This document shows, piece by piece, positions 12,401 to 24,272 of a stretch of DNA of 64,000 nucleotides; positions within the stretch are counted from its first letter, which is position 1; each line of letters opens with the position of its first letter. Both the position numbers and the translations under genes were made by a program. Where the stretch lies: positions 5,026,233 to 5,090,232 of the forward strand of contig OZ037772.1 of assembly GCA_964035545.1 (NCBI GenBank), written 5' to 3'. The notes beneath the pieces are model-generated. The model saw only the letters and a program-made list of their open reading frames with translations. It was not told the DNA's origin and made no database searches. The stretch is from Bugula neritina. Lineage: Eukaryota > Animalia > Bryozoa.

Positions 12401-15400
12401 ACAGAGATAGCTGGCAAAGGAAGGGTTAATGTAGATATGGATGGAGACGTTTGATCAAACTAAATTGAAAAGAGTCATTGTCGCACCGACAGACTGCTCT
12501 GATGACGACAGTGATGGTGATGATGATAATGATGATGATGATAATGATGAAAATTCTCCTTATTACTTTTATTGTTGTTTTAAGATCATAGAAAACCAGA
12601 TATTTAATTTGTTCAAAAAAAACAGTTAGGTTTGATGTATCTATAACATTATCTTTTATAACATTTTGCTGTATTTAGTTTACTTCCAAGTGATGCTGAA
12701 AAATTTCTACAGTAAAACAGTTGCATAGAGCTGAGGTTTTTTAAATGACGTGTTTAAGAAAAATTTCCAGTGATAAGTTTGCAGACATCTTTGCAAATGC
12801 ATTATCGTCTGAAATGGGTGAAATATATTTTTTTAAAGATCTTCAAAAGCTATATTCAGAAGCAACTTGTTTGCTAGAATCTGACTTATTATATATCATA
12901 TTTTATCTGAATTACAGTTTGCAGTATTTGGAGAATCTGGAAGTTCTGGACATTCAGCGCAACAACATGACTATAATTCCAGAGGCGGTCTGCAACTTGA
13001 AAAAATTACGTAAAATAGATGTTTTTGGATGTGAAAGTCTAACCACTCCCCCTTATGAAGTCTGTACAGAAGGATTATCAGCTATCAGACAATACTACAG
13101 AGATCTTGCTAAAGGTAAAGGAAAAAGTCTTCCCCTAGTCACCATTGCCGTGATTGGTAACACAATGGCAGGGAAAACGAGTCTCATCAGAACATTGCAG
13201 AGTGAAGAGAGAAAAAGAGTGCTGACAAATCGTGGACCTGAGGTTGCCGTTGACGAAACAACTAAAGTTTTTAAAGTCGAAGAGTTGAAAGTAAATAATA
13301 CAGTTTTGAGACTAATTGACATGGGAGGACAACCAGTGTATCACATGACATACCAGCTAACACTTAAACAAAACTGCATGCCGATAGTAGTGGTGAACAT
13401 GGAGCATTATCATCAGCTGGCACAAGAAAAGGGAGACAGAGAGGCTCTGAGAAGACTGGCTTTTGATTGGCTGGCTCATTTATATGTGGCAAATCCTGGA
13501 ATTAGACAACCGAAACTGGTTTTTACTCACAAAGACAAGTTTGATGAGGAGAATTTCACAAAGCTGACTTATAATTTCACTAACACAGCTGATCTACTGA
13601 AAGATGAAATTATCAGAGAAGAGAAACAACTAGACCAAAGCTTAGCAGAGATAGAACATTTCCATCAACACAAAGAGCTGTTTCTGCGTGAGGATATCTA
13701 CTCAGTTGGAAAAGAAGATACTTTTCAAGTTTTTGAGAATATGAAATCTGCCATTTTTAATTCAGCTCAAAAATTTGTAAAGGTATTGCCAAAACTATGG
13801 GAAGATGTAAATGAGAAGGTTTTAGGATTGCAGACAGCATTCAGTACATTTGATGAGATACTTCATGCAGTGCAACAAGTAGGTAGAAGTATCACACCTG
13901 ATCAGCTCACCACAATCCTCACCTACATGCATGATTGTGGTAAGGTCTTGTGGTACAAAGATATCAAGGAGTTGAACTTGATTATTTTTCACAAAATTGA
14001 GGAAGTTACTAAACTACTCAAAGTCTTGTGTCGTCATGATAAAGATGCGTGCCATACTTGGCAATCAAGTTTTCAACCATTGCGATTGACTAATGGAGCC
14101 TTTCTTGAAGAAGAACAATTTGGAAAACTTGTAAGAGATTTCTTGTCAGCAGGAATCATGGGAAGCCAACTTCTAGAATATTTATTCAAAGCTGAGACAG
14201 CATTCTTTGATGAAAATGCATACCTACTTGCTGTCACTTTGCTGCAGAAAATCAGCATTATCTACGGACCAGTTGATCTGGAATCAAGGAGCTGCTTCAT
14301 TGTTCCCTTCTACTCTACTGATTACTTTGAAAACAATCTTACTACTGATGAAGACGTCATTCTCCATGCTGAAATCATGTTCAAAGGTCTCTCAATTCCA
14401 CAATATGTCTACCAGCAGATGAGTGTTGTTGTCCTACAAATGTTCCCGGATGAGACAAGTTTTTCCCTTGTTAGAAAAAACGGAGTAAAGGTTTTCCACG
14501 ATGACATCTCGGTGCGCCTTGTCCATGATGGTCTTTCAAGGAAGGCAGATGTTACAGTGTCTGGAGCAACAGAGAAAATCACAAACTGTTGGAAACACAT
14601 GGTCAGCATAACCAGGCAAATATCCAAGGAGATTCGGCGTTCATGGCCTGCCAGCAGAATGGTACACAAGTCTAGTTGTACGCACTGCATTCTGAAAGGT
14701 GAATCCAGTCCTGAATTTCAGGTTACTCCCAGCTGGTGTCTTGAATTTCAAACTGACGAACCATATCATCAGTTTCAGAAGGAGATGGTGACAGTTCTCT
14801 GTAGAGGAGATAAGATTTTGAGTCCACTTGTTCATCCCTGTAAGTCAGTAATGAGTAGTTGTGTGATGTTTCAATTGCAAGTAATATCATACTAGTTACC
14901 TGTTTGCACCGCTGAGTGCATGTCTGGTGTTGCTATTCCAGGCACCTCTTTAACAAGCCAAGAAACTCAAAGTCTCAAGAACATCATTGCAGGACTGAGA
15001 GAAAAAAAACAAGAGAAAAGCTCCAAAAGTGGTGAGCTACAGCCTTTCTTCAACATCTAGTAAATCCTTTTCTCATTTAGTATGTTGGTCTATAGCAAAC
15101 ATAAATGTCAAGTTTCTTGTTTTTGCAATAGCAAAGACACTCTAAAACAAAAACAAACTAGCGCAAGGTGACCAATGCAAAAATCATTAGAGAAAAAAGT
15201 ACATAAAATCTAAGTGCCTACATTTATACATTTTTTTTTCTATCAGAGTATTATTTTAATGAAACAATATGATAATTTTTACAATACAGAAGCTGTCAAA
15301 TCTCATCAGCAAACCACCACCACCTCTGTGGAAGATGAGCTGAGTGATCTCTCTGATGATGATGAATATATTCTACCTCCACAATCTGCTGTTGACAAAT

Positions 15401-17621
15401 TAAAACATCTTAAGCAAGTCCCTGTCTTTACAACTAAACAAAGTATAAAAGAGCTCTTTTCAAACACTGAGAAGGTAATGTAACAGCTTTTCGTACAACT
15501 CTATGGAAAGCCTTCAGCATTGCTCAAAAATACATGTATAGTAGTAATTTAAAAATATTTGTACTATTTTTGTCTCACAATTATAAAAAAAGTGTGTTAT
15601 TAGTATTAACTTCCTAACGTGCCTGTGTTATGCTTTAAGGGTATGTTATTAATTTAGCATTATTAGGTTCAGCACTTCACCTATCATATGTATTCCAATT
15701 AGGTGTTTGGTATGACAATGCCAAGAGGAACCGCTTTGATAATCAACAATGAAAAGATAACCAATAGCTCAGACAGACCAGGTTCTCAAGTTGATGTTCA
15801 AAATCTGAGTGACATGCTACGATCCTTTCAGTTCAATATTGAGATGAAAACAGATCTCACAGCTGAGGTGGCAGTTATGACCAATTTTGTTGTTTCTTTT
15901 AATTAATTTTAAGCTATATAATCACAAGTGTTGTTATAAGCAAATTCGACTCAGATATAATATAAGAGCTGAGTTTAAATCTTTTGATTTCTAATAATTT
16001 ATAAGTTAAAAGTTACGATTGTGCTTCTCATTTGCTTTTATATACTTTTAACCGTCTGAATCGTTTTACAAAAGCTCACAACTTTTACACAAATATACTC
16101 ATTATTTCCAATTTTTTATACAAACAGGAAATATACCAAACGGTTAAAGCAGAAATTAACAACAGCAGAAATGCTGACCACGGAATGTTCTTTCTGTTCA
16201 TTGGTTCTCATGGAGTTGAGAATCATGTCTATGGATCAGATGGAGAGTTGGTAAAACTGACAGACCCGTATGACCTGCTATCTGTTCCTCAGAATCCAGT
16301 GGTTGCTGACAAGCCTAAACTGGTTGTCATCCAAGCTTGCAGCATTGGTGAGTATTCTATATTTTCCATCTTACTATAAGCCCATGTATTTCAGCATCAA
16401 AAGTACCTCTACCAATCAAATACAATATATGAATCATTTAGATCTACCTAAATCTAAGAAAACAGAACACCCTGGTGCTGAGACTGCTACACCTTCAGTT
16501 TCTGTTGCTAGTACCATAGACAGAAGTCTGCTGGAGAGACGTCATGGTGAAAATTTATATGTTATGAAAGCTAGCTTTCCGTGTGAGTAAAAAGTTCTTT
16601 TTTTTAGATTACTATGTTCTCTGTAGATATTTGCTTTTACATCTAAACATAAAGTTGTTCTGTATGTGCTAACTTTTTTACAAAAAACCAAAATATTGCA
16701 TTCCAGTTCATGTCAGTTAGTAGAGCAATTTTCACATTAGTAGTAGAAAAGTGTTGGTTCTGGCTCAATCCCTGACACCGGAGAGTCGAAGACTCGACGG
16801 GGGAAGGGGGTTGAGCCAGAACCAACACTTTTCTACTACTCACATTATTACTTATAGCTATTCAAGTACTAAAAGTTCAGCTTTGTTGTATATTGTATAG
16901 CTTATAGTGCCTGGAGATTTTCTGACTGTGGATCTCTATTCATCAGATGCTTTGTTAGGACCATGTACCGACATGCCGGTCACAGAGACATGCATGAGAT
17001 CTATAAAATTGTGAGTGTGCTACATTTCATCTGATATAATATAGTAACATAGCTTCTCTCAAAACTTGTTTATGTATTCGGTGTCTCATCTCTTTTGTTT
17101 TCATAACGTGAAAGACCATAGTAATTAAATGAAAATAACTCAGAAAGAAATAGAAACACTGATTATGTTGACTTTCTCAATTTGAGAATATTTCTACATT
17201 ATGTTTCAACTCACATTTAAGTCTAAGAATTCCTTCTGGGGTGACAAGTTGCATTATTTTTATGTAGGTACAAAATCGGGTTAGAAAATTTTGTACAGAA
17301 AAGAGACTTTCTCTTGGACAACTACCAGTTGCTACAGACACTCTGACACACCACAGAAAGCTCTACCTGTTTCCAGGATACAATGGAAGTTCTGGTAAAG
17401 AGAAGGAGCTGAGTTTACTTCAACTCAGAAAGAGACATCAACATCCTCCATCCAAGTCATTTCTGTCCAGTTTAGCTGCACAGTCCACACTGTCAGAGTC
17501 AGCTAGCACTTCACAGCAGGCAGAGAGTGGACAAGGCAGCAAATCAAATAACCAGAAGAGAAAATTAGACTCCAGCAAGGATAGCATGCAAATTATAAAA
17601 CACAGAAAGTTGAGTGAATGA
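353..17621 (+). CDS. LRR-Roc-COR-caspase fusion protein (ROCO family), multi-exon, 5' end outside window
   Basis: Exons joined in frame by GT-AG introns: LRR exons 353-493, 1259-1399, 2181-2321, 3085-3225, (4005-4146 frameshifted), 5628-5768, 6532-6672, 7464-7604; LRR+Roc-COR 12918-14839; linker 14942-15031, 15290-15474; caspase 15703-15867, 16128-16347, 16442-16582, 16901-17010, 17268-17621 (TGA). Intron phases match at every junction if exon 4005-4146 is skipped. Confidence 0.85.
631..1024 (-). mobile_element. LTR-like segment in type A introns (other copies 2457-2850, 5904-6299, 7755-8150)
   Basis: TG...CA ends with imperfect terminal inverted repeat (TGCAATATATTAG / TGTAAAATTAG); purine tract AAAGGAGGGGCA abuts the TG on the - strand. 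Confidence 0.5.
1259..1399 (+). CDS. LRR exon 2
   Basis: Same splice sites, 141 nt; LETLDMSGN / LRTLNMQIC. Confidence 0.9.
2181..2321 (+). CDS. LRR exon 3
   Basis: Same splice sites, 141 nt; LETLDMSQN / LTTLYMQIC. Confidence 0.9.
3085..3225 (+). CDS. LRR exon 4 (same protein sequence as exon 2, 1826 bp downstream)
   Basis: ORF translations at 1224 and 3050 are identical. Confidence 0.9.
4005..4146 (+). pseudogene. LRR exon 5, frameshifted (142 nt)
   Basis: tctctAAAga at 4098-4100 versus tctctAAga in sister exons; reads ...SLKNVEYADL*; splice sites intact. Confidence 0.8.
4417..5105 (+). mobile_element. piggyBac-type non-autonomous element (MITE)
   Basis: TTAA target duplication (4413-4416, 5106-5109); TIR ccctttggcgatcaa / ttgatcgcgtaaggg; empty site tccttaatgc near 1651 in the sister intron. 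Confidence 0.9.
5628..5768 (+). CDS. LRR exon 6
   Basis: 141 nt; LESLLMPWN / LRLLYMPIC. Confidence 0.9.
6532..6672 (+). CDS. LRR exon 7
   Basis: 141 nt; LETLDMSQN / LGELHVKNC. Confidence 0.9.
7464..7604 (+). CDS. LRR exon 8
   Basis: 141 nt; LETLDMSGN / LRTLNMQIC. Confidence 0.9.
8270..12550 (+). mobile_element. Decayed RTE-clade non-LTR retrotransposon in ROCO intron
   Basis: Broken-frame motifs ERQTALVAMEM, LLDYII..VTRAVRGADCGTDH, HPDWFNEHD, WWEKKAIELQ, FD(L/F)SKAFD, GKPILRFKDTVK; (GAT)n-like tail at ~12500-12550. Confidence 0.85.
9228..9570. mobile_element. PIF/Harbinger-like MITE nested in the RTE
   Basis: ~70-bp TIR starting gcctagggccacacggtgcg; TTA duplication (9225-9227, 9571-9573); removal restores LVLTNTIFKH. 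Confidence 0.85.
12918..14839 (+). CDS. Large exon: terminal LRRs + cap, Roc GTPase and COR domains
   Basis: Phase-2 acceptor attacAG|T; LENLEVLDIQRN; cap LTTPPYEVCTEGLSAIRQYY; P-loop GNTMAGKTS; G3 DMGGQ; G4 THKD; COR-like LTYMHDCGKVLWY; donor CCCT|GTAAGT. Confidence 0.9.
15703..17621 (+). CDS. Caspase (peptidase C14) domain exons and basic C-terminal tail of the ROCO gene
   Basis: PRGTALIINN, DRPGSQVDVQNL, catalytic SHG, KPKLVVIQAC, p10 motifs SYSAWR..GSLFI and RKLYLFPG across five exons. Confidence 0.9.
16739..16840. mobile_element. 102-bp inverted-repeat mini element with Polinton/Maverick-like ends
   Basis: 30-bp perfect TIR AGTAGTAGAAAAGTGTTGGTTCTGGCTCAA; 6-bp duplication CACATT (16733-16738, 16841-16846). 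Confidence 0.75.
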
Positions 17622-19136
17622 ATTTGGATGCAAGCTTCATAAAAACCTCTCAGTATCTAAATTGGCATGTTTTTGGTTTTTTTATACAGCTCATAACAAA
17701 CACTAGATGTTGTTAAAACCATTGAGCATGGCTGACAAAGAGTGCTTAGAAAAAAGTATTCAATATGATTCACACACATCATTATGTTTGAGCTAAGACT
17801 TTTGTCAATATAATGCAATTATTAGAAATGTAGGAAAGCTTCTTTTCAAACTACATAATATTGGACAGTTACTCTACTAAACTAAATGATTTTATGGTGT
17901 CAGCTTTTAACAAACTCTGCATTTGCATAACCAATATTTTGATATCTATATAATATGTTATCCTCATATTACACTTTCCACAATAATAACAGTATGTTAT
18001 ATGTTATTATCATTTATTCTTAGCATAGAATTGTCTTACCTATTTCCTTTTATTTTGTACCCTTAAACTTGATGTATGTTACAATTTACTATTATTTTGG
18101 TCAATTTAAACTGTGATTATATATAAGCATTGTTTACTGTGTTTTGCTATATAATTAGAAACTTTAATATTTCTTGTAACTTATATGCCTATAGTTTGTG
18201 TGAACAAATATAATATTCTGTAAGATGTCACAGTTCAGGAAGTTTCTTATGTTTATCAGCTGGCTTTTTATAAAGTTCAAACAGCAACTCAAATTGCTAT
18301 TAATTTAGAATCTAGCATTTCACTAAAAATTATGACAAGACTTGATATTATACTGTATATAATTAACTGCTAAAATATACTATACGTATGTCAAATGTTA
18401 CCAACTAAATTAAGGTGTGAAAAGAACCTCTTCAGAATAGATATAGTTTCTTATAATATATTGCCTGCATGTGGTCCTGTGTGCAAGTATGATTGTTACA
18501 TATTAGCTTTAGTTTGGATAAGTCCAGGTCTTACAATAGTGTAGACTGTTATCTAAACCTTGTAAAGTGTCAGCTAGTATAACAGTCACAACATTATAAT
18601 TATCTTATTCATTGTCATGGAATGAATAAACAAAGTAAGAAACTTGCCTAGTTCATTAATTGCTGAATACCTGATAACATGAGTCACAAAGAAGTTTATA
18701 TGAACTTACGAAAAAAGTATTTTGGAAAGCACAGTTGGTACATAATAATTGGCTGATTCATGTCTTAAATTAAATTGGTATTGTCATGCATATACAGTAG
18801 ATGAGACAGAAAGATTGACCAAAATAACCAATTATAGGGCAAGATGCACAGTAACTCATAAAAACATGTTGCTGTGTAACAGAGTAGTTTCTCCATTTCT
18901 GAATTATTTATAGTAGACCATCCTCATGTCTCTACTAGAGAGGATGTTTTGAGGTACACTTGTCCACTTTAAAAAATACTCAGGAAATTGCAGATTCTGA
19001 GCTAAGGTAGAGATATGCACCAATGAGGTCAAAGGTTGTAAAACTAGAGTTCTGTTTATTCAGATAAAATATGGTTCTGGTGTACCGTGTTACTCAAATT
19101 CTGACAGTTACGGCTGCATTGTTATGGGTTTTTTTA

Positions 19137-19276
19137 TTAAAGCAAACTGAAGACTTATTATTCAAATGAGGCACAAGAGCAATTCTCTAACATCACCAAT
19201 GGTCTTTGTCGACGCTCGAACCCATGACCTCGTGTTTATTGAGTAAACGATCTAACGCCTAAACCATTGCTTCTCT
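19137..19276 (-). mobile_element. tRNA-derived SINE, partial
   Basis: Reverse complement matches copies at 42467 and 57159; B-box GGGTTCGAGC. Confidence 0.75.
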
Positions 19277-19844
19277 CTATAGTAATAAGACATAGATTTC
19301 ACAAAAATTTAAAAAGGGAGTAAAACATTGTTACACAATTTGTGCTACTTGCTTCTTGACTTTGTGAAAAAAATTTAATATCAAATCAAAGTTTTAGCAG
19401 TCAAATGGGTAAAAACAATTATATGCTTCATGCTTCATTGATGAAGCTTATTTAGACATGATTAGTAAAAATGGTATTGATCTAGCATGATTTTACACCC
19501 AAAGACTGTTGCAAAAGTATCAGATGAATAAACCCCTTGTATTTGTATAACATATTCCAAAGTATATAAATATGGGCAAATTTTCCAAATAGAAATACTA
19601 ACCAATGCAATATGTTTTTTAATAATGTGCTCAGATTTCCAATAAGCCATTAAAGTTCCTAAAAATTAAATCAGTTTATTATAATATATTATTCAATCAA
19701 CCTGCATAGATGTCCATTTCATTTTCCTACTTACCGTGAGTTGCCTTCCTTATGTTACTTTGATATAAATACAAAAACACTGACATATGCATGTATAAAA
19801 GCATGTTCACAAGCACAAAGAGGCACACACCTAGATACACCTGT

Positions 19845-19915
19845 AAACAAAGACACACACACGCACACTCACCCACACACTCACACGCACACGCACACTC
19901 ACACGCGCCTACACC
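19845..19915. repeat. CA-rich microsatellite
   Basis: acacac/acgcac runs. Confidence 0.7.
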
Positions 19916-21365
19916 ATTAATTTCACACCTAAGTCAGACCTAATTTAGACTCAATTCACACCACTTTGCACCTGGTACCCAGTATATATACACCAACATA
20001 ACCTTTTATACTAGGGTGCAGAAATTGTGGGAAGAAAGTAATAAACAGATCTGTGTCATGCTTAAAACTAATTCAATATGTAATCTTTTCATGGCTGTCA
20101 TTCAATTAATGATGAGTGTTTGCAGCATTTTTTTATAATTCTAAGCCACATAAAAAATGTTGCTAATAATCTCAAGAAGTTATAACAAGCAGACATATTG
20201 AATACAGCCAACACTGAGTATTATGTTGTATTAGACGACACTTTCTTCATTATCAAGGTGTGATAACTTTTGTTCATTGTCTCCTCTAATATAAAATAAT
20301 ATCATATATATTATATGACTGCTCCTTTAACCTAACTTATAGACTTGTTCTTTCACTAAATGCACTACATTATTGTTTTCACAATACGAAGCTATCGAGT
20401 CTTTCATTAAAACCAGGTCTCCCAATTGCAAGTTTTGCTTTTGCTACTCTTTTACCTAGACTGTGCTCATTCTATAACCTTAAATTGTTTCAGCTCATTC
20501 AATGATGTATTTAGTTCTGTGCAAAACTAATTATGTTGATCAAAGTGAATATTCTCTTTTCATTTCAATTTATACTTTTATTTGGCAATATAAAAATCTG
20601 AAAAGCAAGGTTCATACTTCAAAGCAGATGTCTACTTATTCATTGCAAACCAAGATTTTTTCAATCTACATCAGCTACGAATAGTCACAAAGGGTATGAC
20701 TTTACTGCATTTTGATTTTTTTAAACAGATCCACACGTTAATATCTGGTTTATCTAAAGACCACTTGAGGAATCAGAATGTAGATTGCAGTTTATTGGCA
20801 AACTCCTTCAAATTGTTTTTGAGAGTCCAAAGAAGTGAAAAATTCAACTTGGCACAGATTATTGACATAATGAGTGATACACAAGTATGAAATGTTTTAA
20901 TAGTTTGCATATTGCATGATTATTGCATGCAAACAAAACTAATTTCATACATTAAACTAACTCTCTAATTAAAAATATGATATTTTATTGATTTTGGACT
21001 CTATTTCTTATCCATTTGTTAATTGGCATTTATTTTCAGCAATATATTTCTACTAGCAAATTATCTATACACAAGTTAACATGAGTGAATTAACTGCAGT
21101 TCGAGATGCTCTGTAACAATACCTGGGTCTTATATGTTCAATAATTCCATATCTTTTGCAATGAATTATAAAAATATATTTTACAAGTTTTCAGATTTAT
21201 TATCGTATCAAAATTTACATAGTGAAACTAAAATTTAAACTTTTGATAAAACAGTGTACCTGAGGTTCTTTAGTTGCTAATTTTTTATTTCTTAGCTGTT
21301 TTTTATTACTGACTGCTTATATTTTGGAGAAAGTTGGCTATGGAAAATAACAATTAGAAAAACAC

Positions 21366-21398
21366 TATATTATATATATAATATATATAATATATATA

Positions 21399-21478
<80 letters not shown>

Positions 21479-21485
21479 TATATAT
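21366..21485. repeat. (TA)n microsatellite
   Basis: Direct. Confidence 0.95.
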
Positions 21486-22796
21486 GTTTTATAGTATGAG
21501 AAGCATAATACTATATATATTATAGTATGAGAAGTATAATACTAGGTCAAACTTGTCCAGCTGTGGTAATATATTGAAAAGCCTCATTCAGTTTAAATAT
21601 TCAATTAATTTAGGAAATATTGTGCAATTTTATGTTCTTAAAATTAATAGATTTTCTTTGATTTTATATACACTGTTTCATTAATTTAGTGTTTTGCAAC
21701 TTTTTTAAACAGACCCTTAAGCAAATGTCAAACTTGTCTGAAAACACTTTCAGCAATAGAATTGCAGATTGCAATTTATTGATAAACTTCTTCAACTTGC
21801 TTCTGACAACCATAAACGTTGAACATTTAAATTGACACTAAAATTATTGACATAATGAGTCATTTACTAAAATGGGCTGCTTTACTAATATATAATATAT
21901 ATCTAATAGAAACGCAATATTGCCTGCATACAAGTAAAACTTATTTTATGCATACAACCAACCCTTTAATTGACAAAATTGTAGTATTTTTTTATTTTGC
22001 ATTTAATGTTAGCAATTTTTTTTCGCCTACAGTCAATCAGCTATAGATTACTAAATTTTACACCAATGACTCATCCACAGTTCCTGATGCTCTAAAAGAA
22101 CATTTGGGTCTCAGCTGGTTAAGAATTATGCATCACTCTGTAATTTAAAAACTGAAACTTTATACTTATGCCAGTTTTACCAACACTCTGTAGGACTTAA
22201 ATAGTAAAACTTTGAATCTGTAACAGATCTGCAATCAAACGGTCTGGATACAGATTGTTGGAACTTGAACTAAAGATGATAATAATATAATCTAAACTAT
22301 TGACTGTATCAAGCAATCCGATAATATTGTTTATCACGTTTCGGGTTTTTTGAACTTATGATAAAACAGCGTTCTACTGTCATTGCTATAGTGTACTGTG
22401 TTTTTTATCTTTTCTTCTGTTGATTGTTAAATTCCTGCATGTGCTAGTGCTTTTGAGAAAAAGGAGTTATTTTGAGTTATTTACAGAATTTCATATTTGA
22501 GGTACAATATTTAGCACTTTATTAAAGTATTTCAACAGATTTCAAAGCAAATAAAGAAGAAAACTTCAAATAGAATTTTTATGAAAACAGGATCAGCTAG
22601 TTTTACATACAACATATAAATATTCATTCACATCACAACTCACAATCGACAGCATTTGCGACAACAGTTAATTGTCAATTTTACTTCAGAAAGAACAAAA
22701 AGTTAAAATATTTTAGTGACTTTAAGCATTTTAATAGCTTATGCAATTCAATAACAATACAACATTCTGGAAATCAAAATAAGATAATGTGGATTG

Positions 22797-23759
22797 TTAG
22801 TTGATTCCCATAGGTCGAATAACTCTGTGAGAACGTGTACCTATTCTTAAAATGTTTCTCACATGATCAATGTATTTTGGATGAAAAAAAATAAACATGA
22901 AGACATTCACAATCCCATACAATGAAAACAGACTTGCACTGACTGTCTCTAATACAACAGCTAATTTTGCAAGAAAACTAAAACTCTGACAAATAAGAAA
23001 TACGACACCGAGCGAAAAATGAAGTTGATAAAGCAGATAACTCCATATAATATATTTACTGGCTGATATTACCAGCTCATCTCCTGGTAAATTTCTTTGA
23101 GCCATCAGCTTCAGCTCTTTCCATACTTTGACAAGGAAAAAAGATGTAATGAATGACAGAGCTAGGAGCTCGAGTGCATACAAGATATACACTACACTGT
23201 ATCCCATCTCTCTTGACACAATTTGTATTGCTATTGCAGTCCAACAGAATTCTACTGTTGCTATCATATTAAGTGCAAAACAGTTTAACACTCCTAGAAG
23301 ATAAATTATTCCAGTCATAGACTTTATATTGTTAATGAAAAGGTGTGTGCCATATCTGTATGGGTGACACACTCCAATATATTTCTCAACGCTTGAAACC
23401 AGAAACACAAGAACTCTTGAAAAGGTTCCACATGCGATTATAGAAATTAGAAGTTTTGAAACCCAATAAGCTGTTTGTACACCGAGCTGTAAAACAATTT
23501 CTTTAAGTTTGCAACTGAAGAACACAGCATCCGAAACGCTGTATATTATGTCAGATAAACCGATGTTTACCAAAACCCAGAAAAATTTGGTTCTCTTAAG
23601 TTCTTTCATTCGGTTGAGTATAATGAGATGCAAGACATTGACAATAATAGAGAGGCAGTTTATCCCATCATTAATCTGTACAAATGAGTGGTAACACTTT
23701 TCTGTCTCATTGTGACATGGTAAAATCTCGTCATATGATGAGGTGTTGTTTCCTTCCAT
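22797..23759 (-). CDS. Divergent class A-like 7TM receptor (GPCR), intronless ORF, paralog 1
   Basis: 320 aa, seven hydrophobic segments, N-terminal N-glycosylation sequons, TM2 IGLSD, TM3 end SVEKYIGVCHP (DRY-like), TM7 VNVFMF. Confidence 0.8.
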   Translation of the reverse strand: MEGNNTSSYDEILPCHNETEKCYHSFVQINDGINCLSIIVNVLHLIILNRMKELKRTKFFWVLVNIGLSDIIYSVSDAVFFSCKLKEIVLQLGVQTAYWVSKLLISIIACGTFSRVLVFLVSSVEKYIGVCHPYRYGTHLFINNIKSMTGIIYLLGVLNCFALNMIATVEFCWTAIAIQIVSREMGYSVVYILYALELLALSFITSFFLVKVWKELKLMAQRNLPGDELVISASKYIIWSYLLYQLHFSLGVVFLICQSFSFLAKLAVVLETVSASLFSLYGIVNVFMFIFFHPKYIDHVRNILRIGTRSHRVIRPMGIN

Positions 23760-24109
23760 TTTTTATAGCAAGAGAAAGTACATAATTAGTAAATCCACAA
23801 AATGATATGTATACAAACTAACTATAAGGTATGTAAATTAAGAACAACAAATCCAACAAAAATAAATTGTACCTTTGACTTCTGTGACTAAATTGTTTTT
23901 TAAAGTGAATGACGCTTACCAGCAGACAGAATAAAACAGCTAAGCTCGACCATTAATGGATCTGGTTTGGTTTTTTAATTATTCTCAGGTGTTCCTTTAG
24001 TGTGCTGTTGCTGAATCTCTAATGATGTACTGCAGTGTATCTCTTATTTCTTATGTCTTATCTTTTATCTCTTTCGCTAAATTCAGGCTTCAAGCAACAA
24101 TTCTGAGCC

Positions 24110-24272
24110 AGCATCACGTGATTCAAATCTCCTCAGTCAACGCCATTGATTGGCTCTACTTCAGCATCAACTCAATCTGATTGCTTAAAACTTTATTTGA
24201 ATATTTGTTAATTTATATAGAAAAAGGTGAATGATTGGTTTAGTCTAACAATATTATTTAACGTTATTGGTT
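24110..24272 (-). promoter_or_regulatory. Candidate proximal promoter of 7TM gene (3 CCAAT boxes, E-box); also present at ~34985-35145
   Basis: ATTGG at 24149, 24234, 24266 and CACGTG at 24115, ~350-500 bp upstream of ATG; motif presence only. Confidence 0.3.

Noticed and set aside
12441-12629. Asp-rich 62-aa ORF
   Set aside because: Overlaps the (GAT)n-like tail of the RTE element
12745-12917. N-terminal ~58 aa of the 716-aa ORF as a start of the ROCO protein
   Set aside because: Intronic read-through; a phase-2 acceptor at 12917 matches the LRR exon donors
13095-14835. Antisense and alternative-frame ORFs over the Roc-COR exon (likewise over the Penelope ORFs)
   Set aside because: Shadow ORFs with no recognisable motifs
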